DNA from: Anthoceros angustus
Taxonomy: Eukaryota > Plantae > Anthocerotophyta
Length of the DNA: 64,000 nucleotides
Reading direction: 5' to 3'
Assembly: GCA_010909165.1 (NCBI GenBank)
Contig: VJWM01000117.1
Coordinates: forward strand, 496,001 to 560,000
The notes under the pieces are model-generated. The model had not been told where the DNA came from. It did no database searches and worked only from the letters and a program-made list of their open reading frames with translations. Positions 1 to 13,009 of this stretch are shown one piece after another; the stretch's first letter is position 1; every line of letters begins with the position of its first letter. The position numbers and the translations under genes are program-made.

Positions 1-1983
1 GGAGTGTGAACTTGAACATGTGGTTTTTGTGGCTGCAATTGTGCAAGCATGAGTGACTGCGCACAAGTGTTGGCTTTTCGGTTTGTTTTGTTGCTTCAAG
101 ATTGTCTTCCACTCGCTCTAGGATTCCAGATCCAATGACACAACTACACCGTAATCACTATCAAGGCATATCATTGTGACTGCAAAATTTCGCAGAGGCC
201 AACAAACGTTGTAATTTGAGAATCACAGCGCCACCTTTCCCGTCCGAGGCGAATGGTGCATCACAAGACTGGTTGCTTCATTTGCCGAGTGTGATGACCA
301 TGTCATCGGAAATCCTTCAAGTTGCTCAAAAGCAAGATCCTTCCACAATGTGAGTCTCGCCGCTAATCGCAAAAATCGAAACAAAGGTGCAACACGCTAA
401 GGAAACAACACGCACTACATGAATACCGGTGTCACTTGAAGATGTTATGTGTGAGCGCCCAATTTCCTTCATTTGCCAGGTTGTATCAAGATCCCATTTG
501 CGAAATCCTTCTCGAAGTCACATGAGATCAATCACCAAGGTACTTGTGATCACCAACAGACTTTGCATCTGCCACCCCGGCTCGAACAAAAAAAACGTGA
601 AACAAAGGTGCAAGACGCTACACGCACCATATCACCTAATATGCTCCACACAAAAGCGTTAGAGTTCGCCCTCACATGTCCCGCTCCTAAGACACGCAGG
701 GTCACTCCGAGCGGCATGATGCAGATGAGGAATTGGATGTCCGCCCAACACCGTGATACCGTGGATGCGATTCAAATTACTATCATCTTCGATCAAGTCG
801 CCCCATACATCCAAAGCATAACAAAGCATGTTAGTACTCAATCACCAAACGTAGGGCTCCCACATCTGCCCTTCCCGCATATACAAAGTGAAAGCAACAT
901 GTCTAAGCGGAGGATTTGCGGTCGCTAACGCTGGCCATACTTAACAAAAGTTCCTATATGTATGTGTTGCTTTCATGTATGTGTTCGATCCGATGGAAAC
1001 CCTAAACCCTTATCAAGAAAAGATATGTATGACACCATCCAACACTGGGCCGATGAACGTGTGATAGAATGTTTTTTCCCGCGACGAACCGGAAGTGGTG
1101 GCACGACATTATCGTGTATTATACGTGAGTATCTAAAGGATTCCGTGGCATATTCTAGCGCATAATCAAAAAAAGAAAGTCACACACACACCCGTGTGAC
1201 GGATCAGATTCCATACATGGGAGGAAGGTGGGCATAATTTGTTTTCTTTCTACCTCAAAAGTGCAAAAAGCAAAGAAAACTTTTCTTGGTACGCCATGTA
1301 AAGCACCGATGACAGATGCATATTCAGACAGCCCAAATGCTATCGACAAGAAACTCTCTTTGAACCTTTCAAACCAAAAACTTCTAAAAGTTAAAAAGCC
1401 TCATGGGTATTCGCATCACGGGCATGTGAGGTCACCATAATTGCTGACATGTGAATTCAATACATAAATAAAAATCAAGATTAAAGAGAGTTAAAAAATT
1501 TGAGGATGTCCGATCCGTGCAAAAATAACTGTGAATGATAAAAAATAAGATAAATATAAAAATTAAAAAATTTTGGTAAAGATAGTTATGAAGTTCTATA
1601 ATAACTAGGTGATGAAAAAGATTGAAAATAAAAGCGATTAGGGATAAAAATCAAAAGTATAGGGAGAAATTATTTTTATAATTTTATGTCATAAACTTTA
1701 ATATAAACTAAAATTCAAAAGACTTAGAAGGATTGCAAGAGATATTGCGTTGTATTGCATGGTGCTACAAAGAACCAAAATAACTAGGTCTAGATATCAA
1801 TGGTAAGGCATATCAAACGTGACTACCCATAAAGGAAAGAGGATAAAAAAGGTGCAAAGGCCGCAACTACTCTTAAAACACCCAAGCTCCACACATTAGA
1901 CAAATGGACACATATTTATAAGAACGTCATGATTAAACATCCCGAGCTTAGATCGATACTTAGATGGGTCGGGAGTGCATGCA

Positions 1984-2003
1984 CCCTAAACCCTAAACCC
2001 TAA
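1984..2003 (+). repeat. Short interstitial telomere-type repeat (CCCTAAA)x~3
   Basis: ccctaaaccctaaaccctaa; the same tract lies at 23287-23306 in copy B. Confidence 0.7.
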
Positions 2004-4062
2004 GCCATTGGTGCAATTAGCTTAGGCACACCATGGTACAAGTTGTTAAGTACAAATCCGTCCTTAGTGGACTTCAATAAAATTCTTCTTGGCTGCTGCT
2101 GCGCATTGGATCCCCATTCTGGGCACGCCTCCCGATCACCCCTAGTCTCCTCCGGAGTGGAGAAAGGTGCATCGTGAATTCTATTGTACACCAGTCTTGT
2201 GTTGCTATGTCCTCATCGCTCAAGAAGACCAGCTTCAGTAGTCTTTCTTAAGGTCAGATACACATCACATCCCAGCGGATGCGATTTGAAGAAAGCTCAT
2301 GCAAGGCCTCCCAAGATGATGAGATGGAAGCCTGGGTCGCACGGAACGGAGTTCTGCAATGCAACGCAGGCGGCAGTGTGAGAACCAGCTCAATGAAAAC
2401 AGCCATGGCAGTTGATATCGGTTTAATGCGGTCATTAAGGACCGCTCCGCATCCTAGAACATAGAAGAGCAGCAGCAACACACCGGCAGCAACAGCAGCA
2501 ACCTTGGGCATCATGAGAATGTGCTTAGGGTTTCGAGGTCTGGGCATTTGCCTGCGCACGGTTCGTCAGTCTAATGATCGGGCGAAAAGCTGGTCTGTTT
2601 TGCTGCACCAGCTGAGCGATGCAACTAAGCTCTAGGACTGGCTTTTGAGATCCAGAGACGTTGATGCAAGATCTACTAGGATGGAATTCGGTGCTTGCCG
2701 GTTGCAAGTGGAGCAACCAACGCATGCATTACTTTTTGGGCACTGGCTATGTGCTCGGATCAATTGGGCAGAGAAGGACATTGCTGAAATAGTATGTCAT
2801 TTCCAAAGTTGAACTTTCTGGTTGCATTAGAGATGATTAACTGGAGGAGAGACGGAGAAGGAGAAGGAGAAGGAAGCTGAATTTGGTGAAGGTTTTGACG
2901 AATTCGGGCCGGATGAGTAGATTCCCGCCCTCCGTTCCGTTCCGTTCCGAGGTCTGAGCCGCAGCAGGAGTCTGCAGGAGGCCACGCCACGCGGCACGGG
3001 CAAATGTGGCCCGTGTCTGATGGCTTTGCAGCACCGCAAGGCCGACAGGTATGGCTACGGATAATCATGGTGGAGACTGGAGGCTGGTGGCAGAACTTCC
3101 GGACAGAAGATAGGGCTTAAGGATGGTGTCAAGTCAAGGTAGACCTTTGGTGCCCTTGGCCTACGCAGATCCCAACACCGCCGCATCCAGAGGATGCCGA
3201 ACCCACGCCCACCACAACTCTGAATATCTCTACGAACTGATGTGAGCACACTTCCCGAGGCGCACGTTTCAAGAGGTTGGGCTGGATTTTGAGATGGACC
3301 ACCCAGGCAGTCAAATCAGCACTCGGTCGCATACCCCAGGGAAATTGTGAATGTGAATCCAGTGGGAGCCAGCTTGGTCCTCGTTTCCACAGTGTTCCAC
3401 GTGCAAGGACCAGCCTGGTCCCCACTGTAAAACAGGAGCTTGGCAAGGACCAGCCTGTTCCTCATTCCTACACTTTGCCATGTGTGTAAAACATTGGTGG
3501 CTACACGGATTGGAGAACGAGATGCGCACAGGAGAAATCGGTAGGCAGCCTCTTCACAAGAGTGATTCCCTCGGATGTCAGAATATTCATGGACCGACAA
3601 CAAATATGCAAGCCTCCATTCATGGGGAGCGAGCTGAATGGAACTGCTCTGATCAGTTAAGCAAGCTCTTGCAGCCAGCTGCAGGCCTCTTGCTTGTCCC
3701 CGGCAGCCGTTGTTACAAGATACTGATGCACAGATGGAAGTTTGAAATAGCCATTACTCATGGAGCAGGGCAGGTGTCATTCCTGGCCATTCATGCATGC
3801 TCAGACCGGAGCATCCCTCCCTTTACCAACCAGGGGCCTGCTGTTGTTCATGAATTCTGGAACGTGTTCAAGAGTCACAATCTTGAACAACACTCAAAAG
3901 ATGAATTCAGAGGTGGCCATCAGCAAAGACTGACGTGAAACAAAGCAGGATTGGGCTACACATCCTTATACCACTACCCAATCACGTGGTGCAGATCGCT
4001 CCTCCAGTCATGTACCAAATCCCGGGGTGATGCTGCAACACACGTCGTTTGAGTAGCTCCCA

Positions 4063-7000
4063 TCAGAGTTTCTCATAAACACGTCTGTCAATTCCCTCTG
4101 CATACACGTTGGGCAAACCCATGCCACTCCTCGTCCTCCTCAGGCCTTTTCCGAAATTGCACCTATGCAGTTGGAATATCTCGCCGATGTGATCCTTTAC
4201 CAACGGCTTGACCAGATCCCTCAGGGTAATCCATGCCTCCTTCACGGAAATGTCCTGGTCCGCCGATGGACCTGTCAGGTTGAGATCTACCTTGGACAGG
4301 TCTGCGTCCAGAGAGGCCGCAGTGAGATACAGCGCTCCATCCAAGCTGGTGAAGGGTCGGGAACCGCATTCCCAATGCCGGCAGCCACATGTAGGCCAGC
4401 TTTCACTAGGAAAACCAAAACCTTGATACCACTGATTGCTAGGGGCCTGATCCACTTCCACTTCGCATCCTCCAATGTCAAGTCGAATCCAGTTTGGCCC
4501 TCCACGATGTGATTCCCAAAGATATTTTCGCACATGAAGTGCAGCTTAGCCGCTTTGCCCACACGCACCCCTGCAATCAATCTCTGTACTACACCCACGT
4601 CTGCAGTGGTGATGTAGGGACGTCTGGGTATCTGACTGCTTTCTAATTCTGCAGAGAAATTCATAATCTCATCCATCTTAGAAAGCAAAATTGTTGAGTA
4701 GCTTCCTGCCCAGTCTTGATAGCGCTCATCTCATGTTGGATAAGTTGCAAAGTCTCGCCAATTCTATCCACTTTGACTCCACTGCTTTCACCTCTGTCTC
4801 CACCATTTTCACGTGTGCTTCAAATCTCTTATCCCTTGAATGATGGTTTGCAACAGTTGCTCCCCATCTCCGAGTGAGTTGTTCCAGGGAGGGATATAGT
4901 ACGTCGGACGCTGCAGACCGAGACGTTTGAACTGTGCGTCTTGTTGTGCGAGCACCCCTTTCTCTGTAGGCAGGACTTCCTCTACAGCTGCATCTATGTT
5001 GGATATGGTTTGAAGGAGACCTGTTCGTCGCCTTTGCAAGACATCCAAGACTTCACCAGCCAGAGCTCTTTAGCTCCCTCAAAGGCACTCTCAAAAGAGG
5101 CTTCAGGACATTCTGGACCACCATTTGAAGTCGGCCAGATCCATGAGGAGAAAATCTCCCTGTACAGTCATGTTGGTCTGAAAAACACACTTCAGCAAAT
5201 CCTGCGTTAGCACTGACTGATTATGCCGGTAGATACAGAGTGTGAGGTTTTCGACACACTCGGTCCTGATAATTCCTTCCACAAGCTCGACTCCCGGACT
5301 GCCTTCAGGGAAGCACAAAAGATTTCAACTTTGCAATCACATGTTCCTTGAGAAACTCGATAGTTTCATCTTTGCTCTTGGATGACCTCACCAGAATATC
5401 GATATGGTCACCGATGTCTCCGGTGTCCTCTCCGATATCCCCACTGCTTTCCAAAACACATCCATACCATCACACCAAAACTTGATGAGGTTGCGTTCAA
5501 TACGATATTGATGAGGTTGCATGCCATGGAATCCGAACAAATCCTTTCGAAGGCAGACCTACAATACGCAAACCTCCACAATGTCAGTAAACAGGTTGAA
5601 GACACACACCATCGACACAAAAGACATGTTGGTAGTTATCGTACTTGGAATCTAGGAAAAAGCCTGGACCAAGAAACGTCTTCGTCTTGTCAAGGCACTG
5701 TAACCTCCTTCCGAGGTAGTTAATTGCTTGCTGTATCAGCAGTTTCCCAGTTCAACTTTCGTCTCCCAGGAAGAGCGTCACCATTACCGGCGGCCATGGT
5801 GAAGGGAACAAAGAATCCGACACGTCGAGTCCCATCCTCTTCATAGCATAAGTTGAGAGTGGTCATCAATGATACCAGATGTTGCCTTTCAATCCCTCCG
5901 CTTGTGTGCCTCTGAGAATCTCATCCAAGGTGGAATGAAGCAGACTTTGAGCAACAAATCCATCTGAGGAATACGACAAACCTACTAGTAGACGGAGACA
6001 TGCTCTGGTTAGAAGGTGAATGAGTCGCCCTAAAAATTGTGACTCATCCAGTGTGGATTTATCACCACAACATCTGTATCTTGAAAACAGATGATACTAC
6101 CCACATCATGCAAATAGGCAAGAATGGCTCCCAATCGTTCCCCTCATCTTGAACCCCACCTTCGTGGAGACTCTTCAGCTCGTTTTGGAACAAAGTTTGA
6201 AGTTGCTGTTTCCTCTCACCATTGGTTGAGCTGGATGTTGGGATACCCAGGCAGTCAAATCAGCACTCAATCGGTTGCATACCTCGGGTACCCAAAACAG
6301 TTTAGTTGCAAATAGAGCTCGAAACGATTCCATGAGTGCGTCCAGCAAGGGCTTCACACTCTTGGCAGATCGAGCGTCCATGGAGAAGAGTGTTTTGTTT
6401 CCACGTGAACAACCTGTTCAAACTCGGTGGCCAACTCTGTCAGAACGGGTTGAAGGAGATCGGTAATGCTTCAGCATCAGAACGCTTCATCTTATCCACA
6501 TGAGTTGCCACCACAAATATTTGAGGCAAAGTAGAGCCCACGTTGCGACAATTGGAGTTGATGAACCTAAGCCAGTACGCCAAGCTCCTTCTGAACCTGT
6601 CCTGCAGGACATTAGGCGGATGCAGTTGGGGAGGTTTCCGATCATCAAATGGGCTGAACGCAAACAGGAAGATACATGCTTGGTTGAAGGTCGGAAAAGG
6701 TAGTCTTGCAGAGCTCGGTAGTGAGCTTGTCCAGCCAGATCCCACATGGTAACTTGCATATCATGGTCGTTGCGCAACACCTCGATTTCTATGCCTTCCG
6801 TTCTGGCACCGGTGACGGAAGCCATCCGTCGCCAAGCCCGAAATATTTTTCCCTTCAGTCGAGCTAGAACTTGGCTGAGCTGGAACTCGGGTGATGCGGC
6901 TGTGTGTCGTCTCCATGCGCGAATCATGGTGGTGCGGAGAGTGGTCTTCCCTGCGAAAGGGGCACCGCACAGGAAGAGGCGCCCAGCCTTGGGCATCACA

Positions 7001-8304
7001 GGCCCTTGCCTGCCCACGAGCAAAGGCCAGTAAGCCTCTTGAGTGGCATTGCCTGCCAAGGCTGCATTGATGATTGCGTCCTTTCCTTCCGCTTCCCATG
7101 TTGTCCCCGATGTTGATCTCCGTAACGTCTTGTTGACTTGAATACAGTTCATCAAGTCTCTAAACATGTCATGGTCCAGGGCGTCCCAGAAGAAATGTCG
7201 AGCTTTTTCAGAGATGCGTTGCCCTCCAAGGATCTCAGCAACTCTTTCTTGAACGAGGCGTGGCCCTTGAGCCACTGCAAGTTCAGGACACGCAGTGCTT
7301 TGCATTCCGGGAGCAACTGGACAAGGCGCATCCACACATCCGTCGCAGCTGATGGCCATTCGAATGTAATGAAACGAAGATGAGATATGGTGGAGTTGCG
7401 GCGTAACCCGTCCAGGCCGTGGATGAGAGCATATGGAGTGGTGTGAAGCTCTCGATACGATCGTTGGTGCGCAGCATTCCGGCCAGGGCGTCTGCCAGGC
7501 CTGCCTCCCCATTCTTCGAGATAACCAAGTTAAGCTGTGTGACGCCAGAGATGGAGGCATTCTCATCCTCATCCGCGCGGGTGAAAGCAAGTTTGAGCAC
7601 AGTGCCCATGGGCCCGAGGCCGCCGGGAATGGGACCCCAAAATGCAAAGCCATCATCCAACTCCATTACCCGGAGCGTGGCACAGAGCGGAAGAGCATTT
7701 CCAATACACTGGGCTCCCGCCACATCCATGCCGATGCCTTCCAGTGCCAGATCCTTGAGATGGGGAGCCGTGGCCAGAATGCGGGCCAGGAGCTGTGCCC
7801 CTTCAGCACCTCCCACCTCGTTCCCTTAAGTCAACCTCCAGGACAGAATCCTTGTTGAAGCCTTTGGCCAGGGCACCCAGTCCGCGGCATCAAGCCCAAC
7901 TCGTACTGAAAGTGTTCGTAAGCTGCGACTGGATGCAACAAGCTGGCCCAGAGCCTCGCAAGCCGCCTGCCTTCCAAAACCTTCACAGCCATACAGATCA
8001 GTATTCCAGGGAAGGGTTGGACGCCAGGCCCCCAACAGAACCGACACTTCATCCTCCGATCCAAGCCGATGGCCCACCTGGAATGGTTATCTCGAGACTG
8101 CGGCAGTTGGCAATGGCTGTCAACACCCGCTTGCGCACTCGCCAGTGCCTTCCCTCATCACCACGGATTCGCCAGTGAAGTAGCCGCCATACTCTTCATC
8201 ATTATGCAGATCGGGTAGATGGGGGCATTCCGGCCCAGATCTAGCAGCAGCTGCTGCAGCTGAACCAGCGCGCGCCAATCCTCCGCCTCATGCTCTTCCG
8301 CCAT
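4063..8304 (-). pseudogene. TORNADO1-like LRR-Roc-COR (ROCO) gene, copy A; frameshifted as assembled
   Basis: RI-like LRRs (APHLKDLALEGIGM; CKALRVLNLQWL), Roc GTPase motifs G1 GAPFAGKTT, G2 RTEGIEI, G3 WDLAGQ and G4 VVATHVD, a COR region, and a TRN1-type C-terminus (HFMCE...HIVEGQTG; EAWITL...FQLH). Split by many indels that may be consensus errors. ATG at 8304 is homologous to 33281. Confidence 0.85.
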
Positions 8305-8904
8305 GCTCTGCTCTGCTATGCTGTGCTATGCTTCCCGGACTGCTAGAATGGAATGAGGGCCAGGCAGGTGCTGTGCTCCTCCAGGCCACACCACATCCCG
8401 CGGCCTTCAGCCCTGGCAGGCAGGCCCCACGCAGCGAAACTTCCCACATGAACGGCGAAACAGCCCAAACTTAAACATGCTAAAATAAGTAAATGCAATG
8501 GAATGGAATTTGTCCGGGTCAGTCGAGATCGGGACACCGGAACGGAACGGAAGGGGAAACGGCTCCCGTGCACGGTCCCTGTGATGAATGATGGGCTGGG
8601 TAAGGTTGGGTTGGGTTGGGTGTCCATGGAAACTGGATCCAGCCTAGAAACCCTTTACTTGTAATTTTCGATAACATGATCTTTCATGAATCTAAGCTCA
8701 TCAGGGTCTGCCAGCCTGTGAAAGGGAACAACACGCTCTCAAAGTCAGCGTATGGGAAGGAAGTGCAATGATATTGCGGATATAACCCATGTGTTTCTCC
8801 ACAAGTGAATGGCAGGGTATGACTACTGTTTCTCCCAAACTCAGTTGGACCCTTTCCAGTAGGTTTCATGTGGTCCATGGTGGAAATGGACAGATTTATC
8901 TTTA

Positions 8905-9037
8905 CCCGTGATTAAGCATCGGAGTTGGATCGGTATAGATGTCTCTAAGGGAATGGATGCCCTTGGTACAAGTACAGGCAACCATGGTAAAAGTTGAGCA
9001 GTCCCTGACGAAATCCGTCCAGTGGACAAATAAAACC
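8905..9037 (+). repeat. Degenerate solo copy of the inverted-repeat arm found at 23191-23400 / 24050-24243
   Basis: gattaagcatcggagttggatcggta...aagggaatggatgcccttggtacaagta...accatggtaaaagttg...gaaatccgtccagtggac aligns by eye to the reverse complement of 24060-24212. Confidence 0.6.
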
Positions 9038-10799
9038 CCCCAGTGGACAGACGTTGCTACTGTTGTTGTTGCTGAATATGGACGTCCTTGACATCAATGG
9101 CCTAACTATATCCGGAATGATTGATCGGCTCCTGTCTGGTGGCCATGCGTCGGAAGTGTGACAATCTGGACGATGCTCACCAGGGTAAACAGACTGCCTG
9201 CAAGCAGCTGGAGCAGCGCTGCGGCCTGTGGAGTCCAGACGAGCGCATGATCGCATTAAGGCATCAAGGATCGGAAGTACCTTCTGGCATCAAGGATCGG
9301 GAAGGTACCTTCTCACGTATGACCGAACCATATTGCTGTCAGGCTGTCCCTCTGCAGGTGACACAGAAAAAGTAATTAGCTCCAATTTAGCCCTGGCTCA
9401 TCCGAAATTAGCCTCTACAGGCACGGTCATAGGCATAAGGAGCACTTACCAACACAACTTTTGAAGATCAATGAGAGTCAAGTTCAGCACTGCATCACAT
9501 CATAGAGTAGCAACCTGTTATGCCTCATCCTGACAAACTTCAAACCTTGCATAGAGATCGTCTTCACTACTAGCACGTGCATATGATCATAAGGGTGAAA
9601 GATACTGTCGACTTGTTTCACAATTTGATTTCATCGTTCATTTGACCGTAGGGCCACAAGTAAATCCTTCAAATTTGAGATGTAAATCTTCTGGGTAGAC
9701 ATACCATGAGGAGAATATATGCTCAGTTGACACGGAACGGAGAGATCTGCTTGCTGCGCCCAGTGACTCTGTCGGTCTCATCAGATATCTCTTTCCTAAA
9801 AGCAGCTGCAACCACATACTCGTCAGGTCGAAACTTGCAAAAGTCGTCTATAATCATGGAAAGACCTAAACAGAATATGCAAGTTTCTCGATATTCACCG
9901 TCCACACTTGCAAAAAGAGTGAAAGAACCCTAAACCTAAGAAGAAAGAGTGAAACATGCGTCCCCTCACAAAGCACAACAAGCAAGATCCTGAGGACCTC
10001 CACATCAAAAGCAAGTACACAACATTACCATAATCCGTAAACCTTCTCTTCGGCGCCATGGACAAATTCGCCATATATTCGGAACCATCGTCCATCTTGT
10101 GCAGCTGTAAAACTAGGGACGCCTCCTTACAATCCCTACAAATCACCGTCGTCACTGATCATGTTGGAAGCCATTTGCAATACATCTGCTTTACCCGGCC
10201 CACTTCTTGCCGCGATCCTAAACCGAGGTGAATTGAAGATCTATCACCATCCTAATGCTGAATCCAGCTGGGGCTTCGAGAAAAACGACAGCATGAAAAG
10301 ATGCATTTTAGATCCAATCTGCATCTAATCTGATCCGAGGCAAGAAATCCCTTCCACGATGCTCTCCAGCACAGACGACTTTCCAGAACTCTGTTGCGAG
10401 GTTAAACAGTCAGAGGAACCAGATTTCCAGACGCGCACCAAGCTGGAAACCAGCAAACAAAGAGGCATCACGTGAGGTCAAGCTGCCCCAATGAGGGAGT
10501 CAGTCCACTGACCTGGCCTCCCACCACCACAACAGAGGGCACAGAGGCCAATCAGGCTTTCCATTCAGCCCCGCTGCTGCTGAAGCAGCAACCTGCAAGC
10601 CCTGGATTAGCCATTACTCATGGAGCAGGGCAGGATGTCATTCGTCATTCCTGGCCATTCATGCATGCTCAGACCGGAGCATCCCTCCTTTACCAACCAG
10701 GGCCTGCTGTTGTTCATGAATTCTGGAACATGTTCAAGAGTCAGAACCTTGAACAACTAAAAGATGAATGTCCAGAGGTGGATGAAAAATGTTCATTAT

Positions 10800-11040
10800 T
10801 CAAAGCACTTCTAGGCTGCGACTGGATGCAACAAGCTGGCCCAGACCCTCATCAAGCCGCCTGCCTTCCAAAACCTTCACAGGGAAGGGTTGGACGCCAT
10901 GCCCCAACAGAATCACACTTCATCCTCCCGAGCCAAGCCGATTTGCCACTTGTGGAAATACCCAAGCCAGGGCCGACACTGCGGCAGTTGGCAATGGCTG
11001 TCAACACCTGCTTGCGCACTCGCCAGTGCCTCCCCTCATA
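10800..11040 (-). pseudogene. Deleted N-terminal LRR fragment of a third TRN1-like ROCO paralogue
   Basis: EGRHWRVRKQVLTAIANCRS...CEGFGRQAA...LVASSRSLEVL matches 32880-33125 and 7920-8160, with internal deletions and different residues at the LRR beta-strand positions. Confidence 0.75.
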
Positions 11041-11509
11041 TGCTATGCTATGCTTTCCGGGACAGTAAATGTGGCCCGTGCATGATGGCTTTGCAGCACC
11101 GCAAGGCCCACAGGTGTGGCTACGGATAATCATGGTGGAGACTGGAGGCTGGTGGGGAACTTCCGGACAGATGATAGGGCTCATGGGGTTGTTCATGGAT
11201 GGTGTCAAGTCAAGGCCGTAACCTGATGCCCTTGGCCTGCGCGGATCCCAACACCGCCGCATCCAGAGGATGCCGAACCCACGCCCACCACAACTCTGAA
11301 TATCTCTACAAACTGATGTGAGAGCTCCCATAAAGGAAAGACAAAGAAAGAAAGAAAGATGCATACAAAGGTGAGGGCAGAAAGACGAATAAAAGGTGCA
11401 AAGGGCCTGGCCGCAACTACTCTTCAAACACCTCCAAGCTCCACTTCAAGTTTTTCATCCGCATGAAACCATATCCGATGATATCCGACGATGATATCCG
11501 CAGCTCTGT

Positions 11510-11562
11510 CCCGTTCAAGACCAAAGGGAAGACCACTCTCCGCACCACCATGATTCGGGCGT
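11510..11562 (+). pseudogene. Tiny inverted Roc P-loop fragment
   Basis: gggaagaccactctccgcaccaccatgattcgggcgtg encodes GKTTLRTTMIRA and is the reverse complement of about 6915-6952. Confidence 0.65.
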
Positions 11563-11697
11563 GATGTGAGTACACACCCATCCAAAATGCACAGCCCAGA
11601 CAGATCGCATGACAGGAAGACTAACCTCAGCCATCAAGCTACGAATGGATTGTTTACAGCTGACCCACGTTACTGCAGGATCAGCTTTCAAGGGTCT

Positions 11698-13009
11698 TCA
11701 CGTTGGCTTCATTAAGAAACTTCGCCAAGTACTCGCTGCCATCCTGTGATAAGGGCCAAAACAGTAAACAATATTCAACAAAACTTCACCTGCTATGACA
11801 ACTGGGTAGAACAGCATATTGCTGGATATCAAACTTACCTCCAAATGATGGTATTTTGTTAGCCGACGGACATCCAGTAGTGTTGCTATCCCACTTGTTT
11901 CCTCTATCCACTGAACGAGTGCAGTTCGGGCTTCATGGGCTTTCAGCCACTCTCCCTGGAAAAGGTGAAACAGGCACGTGCTCAACAGGAGTTTATGTGC
12001 GGGTTCCCAACATTCACGCAGAGCTTGACGTGAAGAGCCATGGAAAGATTTATCTACCTGTCAATTAGGGCTACAACCTCTTCAGCCATACTTTGGCACT
12101 GTGCTTTTGTGGCTGATCAAGTAGACCGAAACAGTAAGCAACATCTGAATGGGATTGTACCTGCAATCCGAATCATAGACGTGAACACTGCCACTAGGGT
12201 GACAGAGAAGTGAAGACGGCCATTCAGAGGGCTACTTAATAGAAGAAGAGAGGACATCAAAATCACCTGACTCCGTGGATGCGTCAACCCATTTCCAACA
12301 ACTATTCCCATAAGTTGGGCGCCAACATTGTGCCGATTCTTAGGCTGTGGATGGTTTATCAGATAATGAGCAAGAGACGGGACATACTTCCCGGCATAGC
12401 TTTCTCCGGCCAAAAAAGGGGTCTCAGCTCAAATGAAGGATTTTCAGCGATAAAGGAAGACAGCGCATGGTGGAGATGGGCTGCTACAGTATGCTGATCC
12501 TTTGGGACATCATCATCAGAAGATGCAATGCTGAAACCTGTCCCAACAGGACTGTCGACAAATAGCACTCCATACCTGCAACGCTTGCAAATGTGATGGA
12601 GCAGTCAGTAAGGAACCACTTGACCAGCATATCAGCCATGAAGTTATAGAAGAACGAGCAGGCGACAACGAAAAACGGTCTGACAGCCAGACACACCTGT
12701 TATTCCAGGCCCATTCATTGTGGTGCAAACTTCCGGTTCTACTAAACCGCCATGGCCCAAGTTCATAGAAGCAACCAATAAGGCTTGAACACCCAGGGCC
12801 TCCATTAAGCCAGAGCAGAGAGGGGCATCCACAAGAGAGGTCCGAGGATCTGTTGCTTCATAGAAAACGTAGAAAAGTTGGGACCTGCTGGAGTCGCTAA
12901 CAGGAAGGTAACCTGAAATTGTTGGCACAGCCTCCAAAGGAAAAGTTACCGTTACTGCCTTGGGCGCTTTTTGCACTGGAATGGCTTCACAGACCTGTGT
13001 TATCAACAC
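11698..13009 (-). pseudogene. Serine carboxypeptidase-like (peptidase S10, SCPL50-like), 3'-truncated
   Basis: Exons encode PTISGYLPV...[29 protein letters not shown], the catalytic-Ser motif GESYAGKYVP, VGNGLTHP and GIATLLD. No exons for the catalytic Asp and His are seen beyond about 11700; frameshifts are present. Confidence 0.8.

Larger units (their letters stand above)
1..11480. repeat. Segmental duplication, copy A (paralogous to about 21171-34120)
   Basis: Base 1 (ggagtgtgaacttgaacatgtgg) matches 21171. Colinear similarity runs through the ROCO gene to about 8540 (=33540), resumes at 10240 (=33542) and continues over 11040-11480 (=33685-34120). Copy A carries many small deletions relative to copy B. 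Confidence 0.9.

Noticed and set aside
2931-8552. (CCGTT)n and (AACGG)n tracts as inverted termini of an element carrying the ROCO gene
   Set aside because: Similarity does not extend beyond the pentamer runs, and both are missing from copy B.
9723-10155. Possible zinc-ribbon gene (CRDC ... CIFC)
   Set aside because: The two short ORFs could not be joined into a convincing spliced model or assigned to a family.
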